From the NCBI GenBank assembly GCA_963703275.1, contig OY969804.1, positions 1,171,154 to 1,235,153 on the forward strand: DNA of 64,000 bases. The letters are read 5' to 3'. Source of the DNA: an uncultured Actinomycetes bacterium. Its GTDB lineage: Bacteria; Actinomycetota; Thermoleophilia; Gaiellales; JAICJC01. Shown here one piece after another: positions 16,582 through 26,017 of the stretch. The notes under the pieces are model-generated. The model was not told the DNA's origin and did not search any database. It was given only the letters and a program-made list of their open reading frames with translations. The translations under genes were made by a program, and so were the position numbers. The stretch's first letter is position 1, and each line of letters opens with the position of its first letter.

Positions 16582-18237
16582 CTAGACCACTCCTTCCTCG
16601 ACCTTGCTCAAGTCGGCAAGGCGTTGCGAGAAGCGCACGTTCTCGCGGTAATCGATCGGAATCTCCACCACCGAGGGTATGTCCAGCTCGAGCGCCCTGC
16701 GGAGCACGGGCGTCACCTGATCGGCCGACTCAACGCGCAGTCCGGCGAGGCCGAACGACTCCGCCAGACCGACCAGGTCGGGGTTCTCGAACTTCGTGCC
16801 GGCCAGCCGCCCGAACTTGCGCCCCTGGTGCAGCTCGATCACGCCGTAGGCGCTGTCCGTCCAGACGATGTTCACGATCGGGAGCCGCAGCCGCTTGGCT
16901 GTCTCGAGCTCCTGGAAGTTCATCAGGAAACCGCCGTCGCCCGAAATGGTCACCACCCGCCGGTCACGTGGCAGCACCAGCCGCGCGGCCACGGCCGCCG
17001 GCACGGCGAAGCCCATCGAGGCCGCGCCGTTCGAGATCAGGACCGTGTTCGGCTTGCGGGTCGGCCACAGCCGGGCGATCCAGAGCTTGTGGGCGCCGAC
17101 GTCGGAGATGAGCACGTCGTCGGGCCCCATCAGGGCGCGCAGGTCGCGCAGCACTCGCTGGGGCTTCACCGGGAAACCGTCGTCGGAGCCGTGGTCGAGC
17201 GCCGCCTGCAGGAGCTCCTGGTAGGGAGGGGCGGCGAGGTGGGCCGGCGGCTTCTCGGACACCAGGTTTCCGAGGTGGGTGAGGATGTGGGCGATGTCGC
17301 CCGTGAGCTCGACGTCGGGCACGTAGTGCTCGTCGATCTCGGCGGCGACCGTGTCGATGCAGATGATGCGCCGCTCGCAGGTCGGGTTCCACGCCTCCGG
17401 CGACCACTCGACCAGGTCGTAGCCAACGCATACCATCAGGTCGACCTGGCCCATGAACCCGGTCGGATAGTCCTGCGAGCGCAGCCCGGCGGTGAAGAGC
17501 GCATGCGGGTCGTCCGCGTCGACGACGCCCTTGCCCATGAAGGTCGTGATCACGTTCAGCCCGGTCTGCTGGCAGAACCGGCGCAGCGCGGACGACGCGC
17601 TCTGGCGAACCACGCCGTTCCCGGCCAGGATCACCGGCCGCTCGGCACTCTGGAGCAGGGCTGCGGCGCGGTGCAGCTCGCTCGCGACCGGCTCGACCAG
17701 GGGCCGGGCGCGGCGCGGCACCGGGGAGCCCGTGACCTCGCTCTCCATGACGTCGTCGGGCAGCTCGAGGTGGGTCGCTCCCGGCTTCTCGCGCTCGGCC
17801 ACGGCGAACGCCTTGCGCACCGCCTCGGGGATGATCGCGGCGTCGTGGATGCTCGCGTTCCACTTCGTCACCGGCTTCATCATGCGGACGATGTCGATGT
17901 ACTGGTGGCTCTCCTTGTGCATCTCCGCGAGGCCGGTCTGGCCGGTCAGCGCCACCACGGGGGCCCGGTCGAGGTAGGCGTCGGCGAGGCCGGTCATGAG
18001 GTTGGTCGCGCCCGGCCCGAGCGTCCCCAGGCACACCCCCGCCTGACCCGTGAGCCGGCCGTACGCGTCGGCCATGAACGCCGCTCCCTGCTCGTGCCGC
18101 ACCGGGATGAAGGTGATCTGATTCGACGCATCGAGGGCGTCGTTCAGGTCGAGCGTCTCCTCGCCGGGGATCCCGAACACGTACCGAACGCCCTCGTTCT
18201 CGAGGCAGTGCACGAACAGGTCCGCGGCCCTTGGCAT
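16582..18237 (-). CDS. ThDP-dependent enzyme, catabolic acetolactate synthase (AlsS)-like
   Basis: LENEGVRYVFGIPGEE, GTLGPGATNL, GDGGFLMNFQELETA, and IPIDYRENVRF, collinear with B. subtilis AlsS as I remember it. The stop codon abuts the ALDH ATG. Confidence 0.8.
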   Translation of the reverse strand: MPRAADLFVHCLENEGVRYVFGIPGEETLDLNDALDASNQITFIPVRHEQGAAFMADAYGRLTGQAGVCLGTLGPGATNLMTGLADAYLDRAPVVALTGQTGLAEMHKESHQYIDIVRMMKPVTKWNASIHDAAIIPEAVRKAFAVAEREKPGATHLELPDDVMESEVTGSPVPRRARPLVEPVASELHRAAALLQSAERPVILAGNGVVRQSASSALRRFCQQTGLNVITTFMGKGVVDADDPHALFTAGLRSQDYPTGFMGQVDLMVCVGYDLVEWSPEAWNPTCERRIICIDTVAAEIDEHYVPDVELTGDIAHILTHLGNLVSEKPPAHLAAPPYQELLQAALDHGSDDGFPVKPQRVLRDLRALMGPDDVLISDVGAHKLWIARLWPTRKPNTVLISNGAASMGFAVPAAVAARLVLPRDRRVVTISGDGGFLMNFQELETAKRLRLPIVNIVWTDSAYGVIELHQGRKFGRLAGTKFENPDLVGLAESFGLAGLRVESADQVTPVLRRALELDIPSVVEIPIDYRENVRFSQRLADLSKVEEGVV

Positions 18238-18297
18238 CGTGCGCTGCAGTGTATCGACGGGGGCTGTGGCGGCGCGCTCAGGCGCTCGTGCCCAGGA

Positions 18298-19332
18298 TCA
18301 CTTGCCGGCGGAGGCGTAACACGAGTCGCCCGGTCCGGCGACCGCCCGCTCTTCCGCGGTGAACCTGGCGTCGTGCGACCTGCTGTACGCGTAGGCGGCG
18401 CCCGACGGAGGGGCCGGGGCCGTATTGTAGTTGGGCAGGCCGCTCTCCTGGTGCATGAACCCGCCCGGCTCGTAGTGACCGGGCCCGGGGCCCTGCCACA
18501 TCACGATCGGCGTCACGCCCGGGCCCATGGCGGTCGCCCGGTACTCGTCGCTTGTGCCTGCCGGGCCGCGCCCGAACATGCCGTTGTAGACGCCGGCGCA
18601 GAAGTTGCCGCGAATGTGGTGGGTCAGGAAGCTGTTGAAGCGCATCCAGCCGCCCGCCTGGCGGTGGCCCGTCGTCCACGCCGGGGGATCGAGCGTGTCG
18701 ACGTAGATGTTGCGGCCGTAGCTGTCGGTGGGGTTGCCCGTGTTCGTGTGGCTGAACCCGTGGACGGCGTTCCCGCGATAGGAAAACTTGCCGTACAGGT
18801 GGTCGTAGCGGCCGTTGTAGATCCAGTCCCACTTGAGCCACAGCACGGGCAGCGGCCCGGTCCAGTGCGAGATCTGCAGCTCCCACGCGCTCTGGAGCGC
18901 GGTCTTCGGCTTCTCACCGGAGTTCGGGAGCATCCGCTGCCACGACTGCAGCGCCCAGTTCTGGCCGTTCGGCGTGGTGCATGCGGTGACCAGCCAGGCG
19001 AGCGGGGGACCGGTGTAGGGCCCGCATACGTTGTGGCTTTGAATGGACTTCCAGTAGCCCGTGCCGAAGCTGCCGTAGCCGCCGGAGTAGTCGAGGCTGA
19101 ACTTGACCTGCTTGTGGGCCTTGGACGGCGGCAGGGCGTTGATCGCGCCCCACACGAGCACGTGATGCCAGGTGCCGCCGCTGCGATAGGTGACCTCGGC
19201 GCGGTGATGGCTGTTGACGGCGATCGAGACGTCGGTCGCGTTGCGATCGATCATCTGGCTCGCAAACGCGCTGGCCGGCGCGAACGCGAGCAGGCTGACG
19301 GCGGCGATCAGGAGACAGGCGAAGCGGGTCAT
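18298..19332 (-). CDS. Secreted protein of unknown function (paralog B)
   Basis: Signal peptide MTRFACLLIAAVSLLAFAPASAFA. Collinear with the 8967..10001 product. Confidence 0.7.
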   Translation of the reverse strand: MTRFACLLIAAVSLLAFAPASAFASQMIDRNATDVSIAVNSHHRAEVTYRSGGTWHHVLVWGAINALPPSKAHKQVKFSLDYSGGYGSFGTGYWKSIQSHNVCGPYTGPPLAWLVTACTTPNGQNWALQSWQRMLPNSGEKPKTALQSAWELQISHWTGPLPVLWLKWDWIYNGRYDHLYGKFSYRGNAVHGFSHTNTGNPTDSYGRNIYVDTLDPPAWTTGHRQAGGWMRFNSFLTHHIRGNFCAGVYNGMFGRGPAGTSDEYRATAMGPGVTPIVMWQGPGPGHYEPGGFMHQESGLPNYNTAPAPPSGAAYAYSRSHDARFTAEERAVAGPGDSCYASAGK

Positions 19333-19496
19333 CAGGGTTGCATCGGCAACAGGGCCGGAAAGCGGATCCCCGCGATGGGTGAGGGTGTTACGTAACTGCG
19401 GTAGCCATCGGCACGCGAACGTGGCCGGTCGCGCCTTGTTGCGTGACTGCGGCCGGCGACATGCTCGCCGGGTCAACCGATCGCAAGGAGGATTCG

Positions 19497-19727
19497 ATGT
19501 CGAACGCACGTGCCACGGTCCGCTCCTGGATGCGCGGTCTGGCCGCCCGGATCGCAACCGACCAGCACGGCCAGGGAACGGTGGAGTACGTCGGCCTGGC
19601 GATGGCCGTCGGGGTGCTGCTCCTGGCGGTGAGCTCGTACCTGGGCGGTCACGACCACGGAATCGGCAGCGTCATCACGGGCGCAATCAAGTCGGCCGTG
19701 CAACGGGCGGCGGGAGGGGGGAAGTAG
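19497..19727 (+). CDS. flp: Flp/Fap-type pilin-like protein
   Basis: AAGGAGGA lies 6 nt upstream of the ATG. Charged leader, then G/QGTVEY followed by a hydrophobic helix VGLAMAVGVLLLAV (Flp G-x4-EY motif). Confidence 0.55.
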   Translation: MSNARATVRSWMRGLAARIATDQHGQGTVEYVGLAMAVGVLLLAVSSYLGGHDHGIGSVITGAIKSAVQRAAGGGK

Positions 19728-19776
19728 GCGGATCAGGTTCGATCACCCGTCCGGGTGTCTGCCCGCGCCCGGGCGG

Positions 19777-19959
19777 GTGTACGCTGAGTGCGTGCGCATC
19801 GTCTCGATCCTGAGGGCCGTCCGGCGGAAGCTGACGCCGCCGGGCAACCGCGGCTCGCTCGAGACCGAGTACCGGCAGCCAAACGAAGATCCCACGCATG
19901 CCGAATCCGTGGCCGGCACGGTGGAGCACCAGGTCGAGCAGTGGAGAGGCGGGGCCTGA
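19777..19959 (+). CDS. Possible small protein (about 55-60 aa)
   Basis: The only support is a very high third-position GC in this frame (counted by eye). No recognisable domain, and the start is unclear. Confidence 0.2.
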   Translation: MYAECVRIVSILRAVRRKLTPPGNRGSLETEYRQPNEDPTHAESVAGTVEHQVEQWRGGA

Positions 19960-19966
19960 GCCTCCC

Positions 19967-20173
19967 TCAGCGCGGCTCGACGGGGAAGGCGATCTTGACG
20001 AGCGCATTCCAGCGGGCGATCGCGCCGTCGCCGACCTCGCAGTTGATCGAGACGACCTCCACGTTGGAGATGCCGCGAATCGATCGTGAGGCGGCGTTCA
20101 CCGCCTCGCGGACGGCGTCATCCGACCCTTCGGCCGAGCTCCCGATCACCTCGATGATTTTGGTGACGGGCAT
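19967..20173 (-). CDS. Dodecin family flavin-binding protein
   Basis: 68 aa: KIIEVIGSSAEGSDDAVREAVNAASRSIRGISNVEVV...DGAIARWNALVKIAF. Confidence 0.7.
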   Translation of the reverse strand: MPVTKIIEVIGSSAEGSDDAVREAVNAASRSIRGISNVEVVSINCEVGDGAIARWNALVKIAFPVEPR

Positions 20174-20766
20174 CAGCCGCGCGAGGAAGGGTTCGGCTGC
20201 TCCTGCGGCTCGGTCGACCGGAACAGGTCGCGCACGCCCGACTGGCGGGGGCGCTCGACGGTCACTTGCATCGGCTGGTCGAGCCGGGCGGCAACGCCGT
20301 TCACCGACGACGTCATGCGCGTGAGCACGCTGGTCGCGTCGGCCACGTCCTGGCGCAGCGCCGACATCCCGGTCGAGATCAGATCGACCAGGAGCTCGAG
20401 ATCCTCCACGCGGCCCAGTCGCTCGGCCAGGAGGTCGCGGTTGACCTGCTCGACCTGGCCGGCCAGCGAGCGCACCAGTTCCTGCAGCTCGACCAGGCGG
20501 CGCGGGGTCGAGCGCTCGTCCATCGCCCGCTCGACGGCGCGTTCCACCGCCTCGGGCAGCGATCGCTCGAGCGACGAGGCGGTCGTGCGCAGCTCGCCCA
20601 CGTTCGCCTCGGCCCGGGCCAGGATCGTGCGCAGGTCGGGGATCGCGGCCGGTGTGTCGGCAGCCGCCCCCGGTGCCCGGTCGGCCCGGGCACGCGTGCG
20701 CAGCTCCTGAATCCGGCGGTAGAGCTGTGCCTCGGCCTCGGCCATCGGGTTGTCCTCGTCCCCCAT
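20173..20766 (-). CDS. Coiled-coil hypothetical protein
   Basis: 197 aa, rich in heptad-like segments of E, L and R. It overlaps the dodecin start by 1 nt. Confidence 0.55.
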   Translation of the reverse strand: MGDEDNPMAEAEAQLYRRIQELRTRARADRAPGAAADTPAAIPDLRTILARAEANVGELRTTASSLERSLPEAVERAVERAMDERSTPRRLVELQELVRSLAGQVEQVNRDLLAERLGRVEDLELLVDLISTGMSALRQDVADATSVLTRMTSSVNGVAARLDQPMQVTVERPRQSGVRDLFRSTEPQEQPNPSSRG

Positions 20767-20842
20767 GGCCCTCCAGTCTATCGACCGTCCGGCATCGCTG
20801 CTAGGCTCGAAGTGCGCATCTGTCCGCCATCCGGGAGCCGAA

Positions 20843-21238
20843 ATGGACGACGATCAGCCCAGCTTCACGCGCATCATCGAGCCGGTGTCGCCCGAGGCGC
20901 CACCGCAGTCCGTCCCGGCGGGCACATATCCGACGCTGGTCTGGCGGCCGAAGCTCAGCGAAGAGCAGGCGTTCCCGCTCGAGAATCGCACGGCCACCAT
21001 CGGCCGTCACGAGGACAACGACATCGTCCTCGCCGGCCCGACCGTGTCGGCACGCCACGCGATCCTGCGCTGCGAGCAGGTCGGCGTGGTGCTCGAGGAC
21101 GAGGGCAGCCTGAACGGCACCTTCGTGAACGGCCAGCTCATCCAGCAGCATCTGCTCGAGGCGGGCGACCAGATCCAGGTCGGGCCGCATCTCCTGGTGT
21201 TCGTCCCGCCGGCCGGCGGGACGCCCACCGCGTCATGA
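20843..21238 (+). CDS. FHA domain protein
   Basis: ATIGRHEDNDIVLAGPTVSARHAIL...GSLNGTFVNGQ. Confidence 0.8.
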   Translation: MDDDQPSFTRIIEPVSPEAPPQSVPAGTYPTLVWRPKLSEEQAFPLENRTATIGRHEDNDIVLAGPTVSARHAILRCEQVGVVLEDEGSLNGTFVNGQLIQQHLLEAGDQIQVGPHLLVFVPPAGGTPTAS

Positions 21239-21246
21239 CCGGAGGA

Positions 21247-21729
21247 TCAGCCGGTGTACTGCAGCGCGGCCCAGCTGGGAACGGGGGCGACGTCGAGCAC
21301 CGGCGTCTGATCCGTGGGCATCCGGTACGAGAACCGGCCAGCGCTCTCGTCGAACGTGATATCGAGCATGCCGGCCTTCAGCCTGTGGTCGAGCCACGCT
21401 CCCCGGAACACGAGCTTGCGCAGCCAGTAGGCCAGCGGGTCGGGGTGGAGCCGGTCGAGTTCACCGGCGTGCGTGGCCAGGTGCCGGCCGAGCCTGGTGC
21501 GCGGGTGGTCGACCCGGCCCGCACCGGCCAGCTCGACCAGATCCGCGGACTCGTTCGGCGTCAGGTCGCGCGCCGGCACGAGCTCGAGCCGGATGGCCGC
21601 GGCCGTCACGCGCTGCTCGAAGTCGGTGCGCGAGAAGCTGTAGCGGTAGTCGAGGAACTCGACCACGACGTCGTCGCCGGAGTCGTATTCGAACTCGGAG
21701 TGCTCGGTCGAGGACTCGGGATGCTCCAT
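21247..21729 (-). CDS. Hypothetical protein (160 aa)
   Basis: Internal ATG (MEHPESSTEH...) of ORF 21247..21909. I recognise no domain. Confidence 0.5.
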   Translation of the reverse strand: MEHPESSTEHSEFEYDSGDDVVVEFLDYRYSFSRTDFEQRVTAAAIRLELVPARDLTPNESADLVELAGAGRVDHPRTRLGRHLATHAGELDRLHPDPLAYWLRKLVFRGAWLDHRLKAGMLDITFDESAGRFSYRMPTDQTPVLDVAPVPSWAALQYTG

Positions 21730-21751
21730 ACGGAGACATGGTAGTGCTCTG

Positions 21752-22093
21752 ATGGTGCGAATCCGACTGGAACGCGGACCGGTGGTGTGCGAGCACGGCG
21801 AGCTGGCGATGTCACTCTGGAAGCGCACCAAGGGCCTGCTCGGCCGCTCGGGCCTGGCCGACGACGAGGGCCTCTGGATCCCCACGAGCTCGATCCACAT
21901 GTTCGGCATGCGGTTTGCGATCGACGTGATCTACGCCAATCGCGAGGGCAGGGTGCTGAAGCTCGTGCGCGAGATCAAGCCGTGGCGGATGTCGTGGTGC
22001 GTGGGTGCCAAGGTGGCGCTGGAACTGCCGGTGGGGGCCATCGACCGCTGCGGCGTCCAGGTGGGAGACCACCTCGTGCTCGAGCACACCTGA
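21752..22093 (+). CDS. DUF192 domain protein
   Basis: WKRTKGLLGRSGLADDEGLWIPTSSIHMFGMRFAIDVIYANREGRV. Confidence 0.7.
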   Translation: MVRIRLERGPVVCEHGELAMSLWKRTKGLLGRSGLADDEGLWIPTSSIHMFGMRFAIDVIYANREGRVLKLVREIKPWRMSWCVGAKVALELPVGAIDRCGVQVGDHLVLEHT

Positions 22094-22151
22094 CCTCTGC
22101 AACAGTCACCCAGTCAAGCTAAAAGAATGTATTGCCGACCTAGTATGTTAG

Positions 22152-23252
22152 ATGTTTGGCAAATACGTTCGATCGCGAGCGCTCCTCCGCCCGGTTGCCT
22201 GGCTCGGCTGCGGCGCGGTCGCGCTGGCGGCGGCCGGAGTGGTGGCGGGTTCGCACAGCGCCGCGGCGGCCGTCTCGCCCCGCCCCGCGGCGGGCACGAC
22301 ACACCTCGTCTACACCCGTAGGTCGGTGAGCGAGCCGCCGATCCTGGGTGCCGCGGTGAACACCACGATGCTGCGCTCGTCCGATCCCCGCTACGTGCGC
22401 ACGCTCCTGCGCCACTTCCAGTCGGTCACGCCCGAGTACGAGATGAAGATGGATTACCTCGAGCCGGCCCGGGGCGTCTTCGACTTCACCAAGGCCGACG
22501 AGATCGTGGCCTTTGCCCACCGCCACGGCCTCGAGATCCGGGGACACACCCTGGTGTGGGACGAGCAGATCCCGGCCTGGGTGACCGACGGCGAGTGGAC
22601 GCGGGCGCAGCTTCGCAGCGTGCTCGTCCGCTACATCACCACGGTGGTCTCCCACTACCGCGGCCGCATCGGCGAGTGGGACGTCGTCAACGAGCCGCTC
22701 ATGGCCGACGGCTCCCTGCGGCCGAGCATCTGGGAGCGGGTGATCGGGCCGGGGTACATCGAGCTCGCGCTGCGCACCGCCCACCGGGCCGACCCGCACG
22801 CGAAGCTGTTCGTGAACGAGTACGGAGCCGAGTACCCCGGCCCGAAGGAGCGTGCGCTCTACCGGCTCGTGAAGCGGCTGCGGCACGAGGGCGTGCCCGT
22901 CGACGGCGTCGGCTTCCAGGCCCACCTGAGCATTCACTGGAGCCCGACCAGGGCCCAGTTCACGGGCGTCCTGCGCCGGTTCGCCGCGCTCGGACTGCGT
23001 GTCGAGGTGACCGAGCTCGATGTTGCCGCGGCCGGCCCGGCGCCGCTGCGGCACCGGCTGGCGGAGCAGGCGGCGGTGTATCGCAGCGTCGCGGGCGACT
23101 GCCGCGCCGTGCGCGCCTGCAGCCGCGTCACCACCTGGGGGATCACCGATGCGGCGAGCTGGCTCGGCGCATCCCAGCGGGCGCTGCCGTTCAACGCCGA
23201 GTACCGGCCCAAGCCGGCCTGGTGGGCGCTGCGCGCCGGCCTCGGCGGCTGA
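22152..23252 (+). CDS. Secreted glycoside hydrolase family 10 (endo-1,4-beta-xylanase)
   Basis: Signal peptide, then HTLVWDEQIPAWV, WDVVNEPL, FVNEYGAE, and EVTELDV. Confidence 0.85.
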   Translation: MFGKYVRSRALLRPVAWLGCGAVALAAAGVVAGSHSAAAAVSPRPAAGTTHLVYTRRSVSEPPILGAAVNTTMLRSSDPRYVRTLLRHFQSVTPEYEMKMDYLEPARGVFDFTKADEIVAFAHRHGLEIRGHTLVWDEQIPAWVTDGEWTRAQLRSVLVRYITTVVSHYRGRIGEWDVVNEPLMADGSLRPSIWERVIGPGYIELALRTAHRADPHAKLFVNEYGAEYPGPKERALYRLVKRLRHEGVPVDGVGFQAHLSIHWSPTRAQFTGVLRRFAALGLRVEVTELDVAAAGPAPLRHRLAEQAAVYRSVAGDCRAVRACSRVTTWGITDAASWLGASQRALPFNAEYRPKPAWWALRAGLGG

Positions 23253-23253
23253 C

Positions 23254-24678
23254 CTACTCCTCGCGCGCGACCACCTCGCGGACGAGCCCGTGGATCGCGT
23301 CCACCTTCTCGGTGCGCTCCCACACCTGGCCGCCGTCGCGCAGGTACATGCCGAAACCCACCGCGATCGGGATCGACCACCAGATCCAGTACACCCACAG
23401 GAAGACGGGATTCACGCGCAGCATGTAGCGCACCCGGTCACGGCGGCGGCGCAGCACGTAGGCGGTGCGCCGCCAGGTGACGACATAGGTGATCCCGATG
23501 CTGATGCAGTAGAGGACGATCGTCGAGAGCGCCGGCAGGAGCAGCCAGATCGGGAGCGGGCTCGTGCCGCGCCACCACTCCACGAACGCCCAGATCCCCA
23601 CCGGGATTCCGATGGGATTCACCCCGAGCGAGAGGCAGGGCAAGAAGTTCGACCACGCTCGCACCCGGTCACGCCGGGACATCCCCATCTGCCGCAGAGG
23701 ATCGCCAAGCGACTGAAAAAAGCCGCAGATCCAGCGCTTTCGCTGGGTGAGGCCCTGGCGCAGCGTCAGCGGCACCTCCTCGATGAGGGGGCTGCGGATG
23801 ATGCCGAGCCGCTTGCCGTTGACCCACAGACGCATGCCGACCTCGGGATCCTCGATCGTGACCCATGGGTTGAAGCTGCCCAGCTGGACGAGGTCGGAGA
23901 CGCGGTAGAAGAGGCCCTTGCCGAGCACCCAGTAGGGGTGGCGGCCGTGGGCGCTCAGGTGCGGATAGCGCATCCCGTCCCAGGCCATGTGATCCATCGC
24001 GTGCCACGACGCCGGCCACGTGTCGAGCAGGTTCCCGGCGATGTTCGTGCTCTGCACGACGTCGAATTCGGCGGAGCCGGCCGCCCCGGCGAGCAGATGG
24101 TCGCGCGGCGGGACGCTGTCGGCGTCGATGTAGTTCAGGAGCCAGTCGCCCGACTCCTCGGCGTCGATGGTGTAGAGCGCGTACACGAGCTGGCGCGTCT
24201 TCTTTGGCGGCAGGTTGCGGTTACCGGCGGTCGCGCCGGCGTGCCACCAGTACGCCTTTTCGGTCGCCTCCCAGCCCCTCCAGACCGGCTCCCAGCTCGG
24301 GTCGGAGGTGGGGGGCACGGGCAGCACCTCCAGGATCGGGAAGTCGAGCTGCAGCCGCTCGAGGGCGGCGATGGTCTCGTCGTCGTCCTCGTTCGGCACC
24401 GCGACGATCCGGTAGCGGTGGGCCGGGTAGTCGAGCTTGGCGAGGCCGAGGAACGTCGTGCGCATGGTCTCCTCGGGCTCGCGCAGCACCGGGTAGAGCA
24501 GGACGATCCGGGGCAGGCTGTCCGGCGCCGGTGTGGCGTCCTCGTCGAGCTCCACCCAGTCGACCGGCCGGGCCAGCATGTACAGGTCGTGGATCAGCGA
24601 GATCAGGTAGAGCAGCTGGGTGATGACGAAGGCCGCCGCCAGGACGGCGACGGCGATCGAACCCTCGAGCCCGCTCAC
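23254..24678 (-). CDS. Membrane-embedded processive family-2 glycosyltransferase
   Basis: GT2 core (IVLLYPVLREPE, NYIDADSVP, TIEDPEVG) with a QRKRW (QxxRW) motif and N- and C-terminal TM helices. Confidence 0.85.
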   Translation of the reverse strand: MSGLEGSIAVAVLAAAFVITQLLYLISLIHDLYMLARPVDWVELDEDATPAPDSLPRIVLLYPVLREPEETMRTTFLGLAKLDYPAHRYRIVAVPNEDDDETIAALERLQLDFPILEVLPVPPTSDPSWEPVWRGWEATEKAYWWHAGATAGNRNLPPKKTRQLVYALYTIDAEESGDWLLNYIDADSVPPRDHLLAGAAGSAEFDVVQSTNIAGNLLDTWPASWHAMDHMAWDGMRYPHLSAHGRHPYWVLGKGLFYRVSDLVQLGSFNPWVTIEDPEVGMRLWVNGKRLGIIRSPLIEEVPLTLRQGLTQRKRWICGFFQSLGDPLRQMGMSRRDRVRAWSNFLPCLSLGVNPIGIPVGIWAFVEWWRGTSPLPIWLLLPALSTIVLYCISIGITYVVTWRRTAYVLRRRRDRVRYMLRVNPVFLWVYWIWWSIPIAVGFGMYLRDGGQVWERTEKVDAIHGLVREVVAREE

Positions 24679-24688
24679 GGCGGCGGCG

Positions 24689-25828
24689 TCATCGGGCCAG
24701 GCCGCGCTGCGCCAGCTCGGCGTGCGCGGCCTCCGATCCGTCCTCGGCCTCCTGTTCGCGCACCCAGGCGACGAGCTCGCGCATGCCCTCGGCGAAGCTC
24801 ACCGCAGGCTCGAATCCGAGCAGCGTGCGCGCCCTGGTGATGTCGCCCCAGCAGTGGCGGATGTCGCCCGAGCGCGATGTCGCGCTCAGCCGGGACGGCA
24901 GGTTGACGCCGATGTGGGACGCCAACACGTCTGCAACCTCGAGCACCGACACCGGGCTGCCGGTGCCGATGTTGATCGCCTCGCCGACCGCCCGCGTCGA
25001 CTCGAGCGCGAGCACGGTCGCCCGGGCGACGTCGTGCACGTGCACGAAGTCGCGCAGTTGCGCGCCGTCCTCGAACACGAGCGGCGGCTGCCCGTTGATC
25101 AGGCGGGAGCTGAAGATCGCGGCGACGCCGGTGTAGGGGTTCGAGAGCGCCTGGCGCGGGCCGTAGGTGTTGAAGTAGCGCAGGGCCACCACGCCGATGT
25201 CGTAGGCGCGGCCGACGGCGAGGCACATGAGCTCCTGGTCGAGCTTGGAGATGGCGTAGATGGAGGTGGGGTGAAGCGGCTTGGACTCGGCCGTCGGCAC
25301 CGGCTCCGCGCGGCGGCCGCACTCGGGGCAGTGCATCTCCCAGTCTCGGGCCGCGAGCTGGTCGTCGCCGCGGGTGCGCGGATACACCAGACCGTGCTGC
25401 TCGCACCGGTAGGCACCCTCGCCGTAGACCGACATCGACGAGGCGACCACGATCCGCCCGACCCGGTGGCGCTCGTTGGCGAGCAGCTCCAGGAGGACGC
25501 CGGTGCCGCTCGTGTTTCCGTCCACGTAGCGCCGGATCTGGTACATCGACTGGCCCACGCCGACCTCGGCGGCGTGGTGGACGACGGCGTCGACGTCGCG
25601 CAGCGCGCGGCGCAGGCCGTCGGTGTCGCGGACGTCCCCGCGCATGAACTCGGCGTCGGGTGAGACATAGCGCGGCCCGTGCGCGCCGTGCACCTGCTCG
25701 ACCAACCGGTCGTACACGCGCACCTCGTACCCGGCTTCGAGCAGCGACTCGGTCACGTGTGAGCCGATGAATCCGGCCCCCCCGGTGACAAGCACGCGTG
25801 ACACGATCTCCGTCTCCCTTCGAAGCAT
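24689..25828 (-). CDS. NAD-dependent sugar epimerase/dehydratase
   Basis: VLVTGGAGFIGSH, YAISK, and a Cys-containing insert (CEQHG...CPECG). It ends 10 nt before the GT2 start. The start (M39 of the track ORF) is uncertain. Confidence 0.85.
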   Translation of the reverse strand: MLRRETEIVSRVLVTGGAGFIGSHVTESLLEAGYEVRVYDRLVEQVHGAHGPRYVSPDAEFMRGDVRDTDGLRRALRDVDAVVHHAAEVGVGQSMYQIRRYVDGNTSGTGVLLELLANERHRVGRIVVASSMSVYGEGAYRCEQHGLVYPRTRGDDQLAARDWEMHCPECGRRAEPVPTAESKPLHPTSIYAISKLDQELMCLAVGRAYDIGVVALRYFNTYGPRQALSNPYTGVAAIFSSRLINGQPPLVFEDGAQLRDFVHVHDVARATVLALESTRAVGEAINIGTGSPVSVLEVADVLASHIGVNLPSRLSATSRSGDIRHCWGDITRARTLLGFEPAVSFAEGMRELVAWVREQEAEDGSEAAHAELAQRGLAR

Positions 25829-26017
25829 CGAGGAATCTGCTCCGCACATCGTCATGCGCGGCGCTTTGGCCCCACCACCCGAGGACCCTAACCCTGCCCG
25901 CGGACGACCAACCCCTCGTCCGCATACCCGTGGGCGGGGCAATCGTGCCTGGAGAACCGGGGATTGTCAAGGCGGAGGCGGGGGGCGCCGGGCGGGGTGC
26001 GACAATCAACCACCACG

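Noticed and set aside
22094-22151. A leaderless promoter for the GH10 gene in the AT-rich spacer (TAGTAT 6 nt before the ATG).
   Set aside because: No acceptable -35 element lies at 16-19 nt spacing, so the evidence is too weak to annotate.
25964-25990. A second RecA-NDp-like box (aTTGTCAAGg, 7 of 9 matches) upstream of the AlkA-like glycosylase gene.
   Set aside because: The required TAnnnT -10 element 8 nt downstream is absent (GGGGGC instead). The nearest -10-like hexamer (GACAAT) is about 30 nt away.
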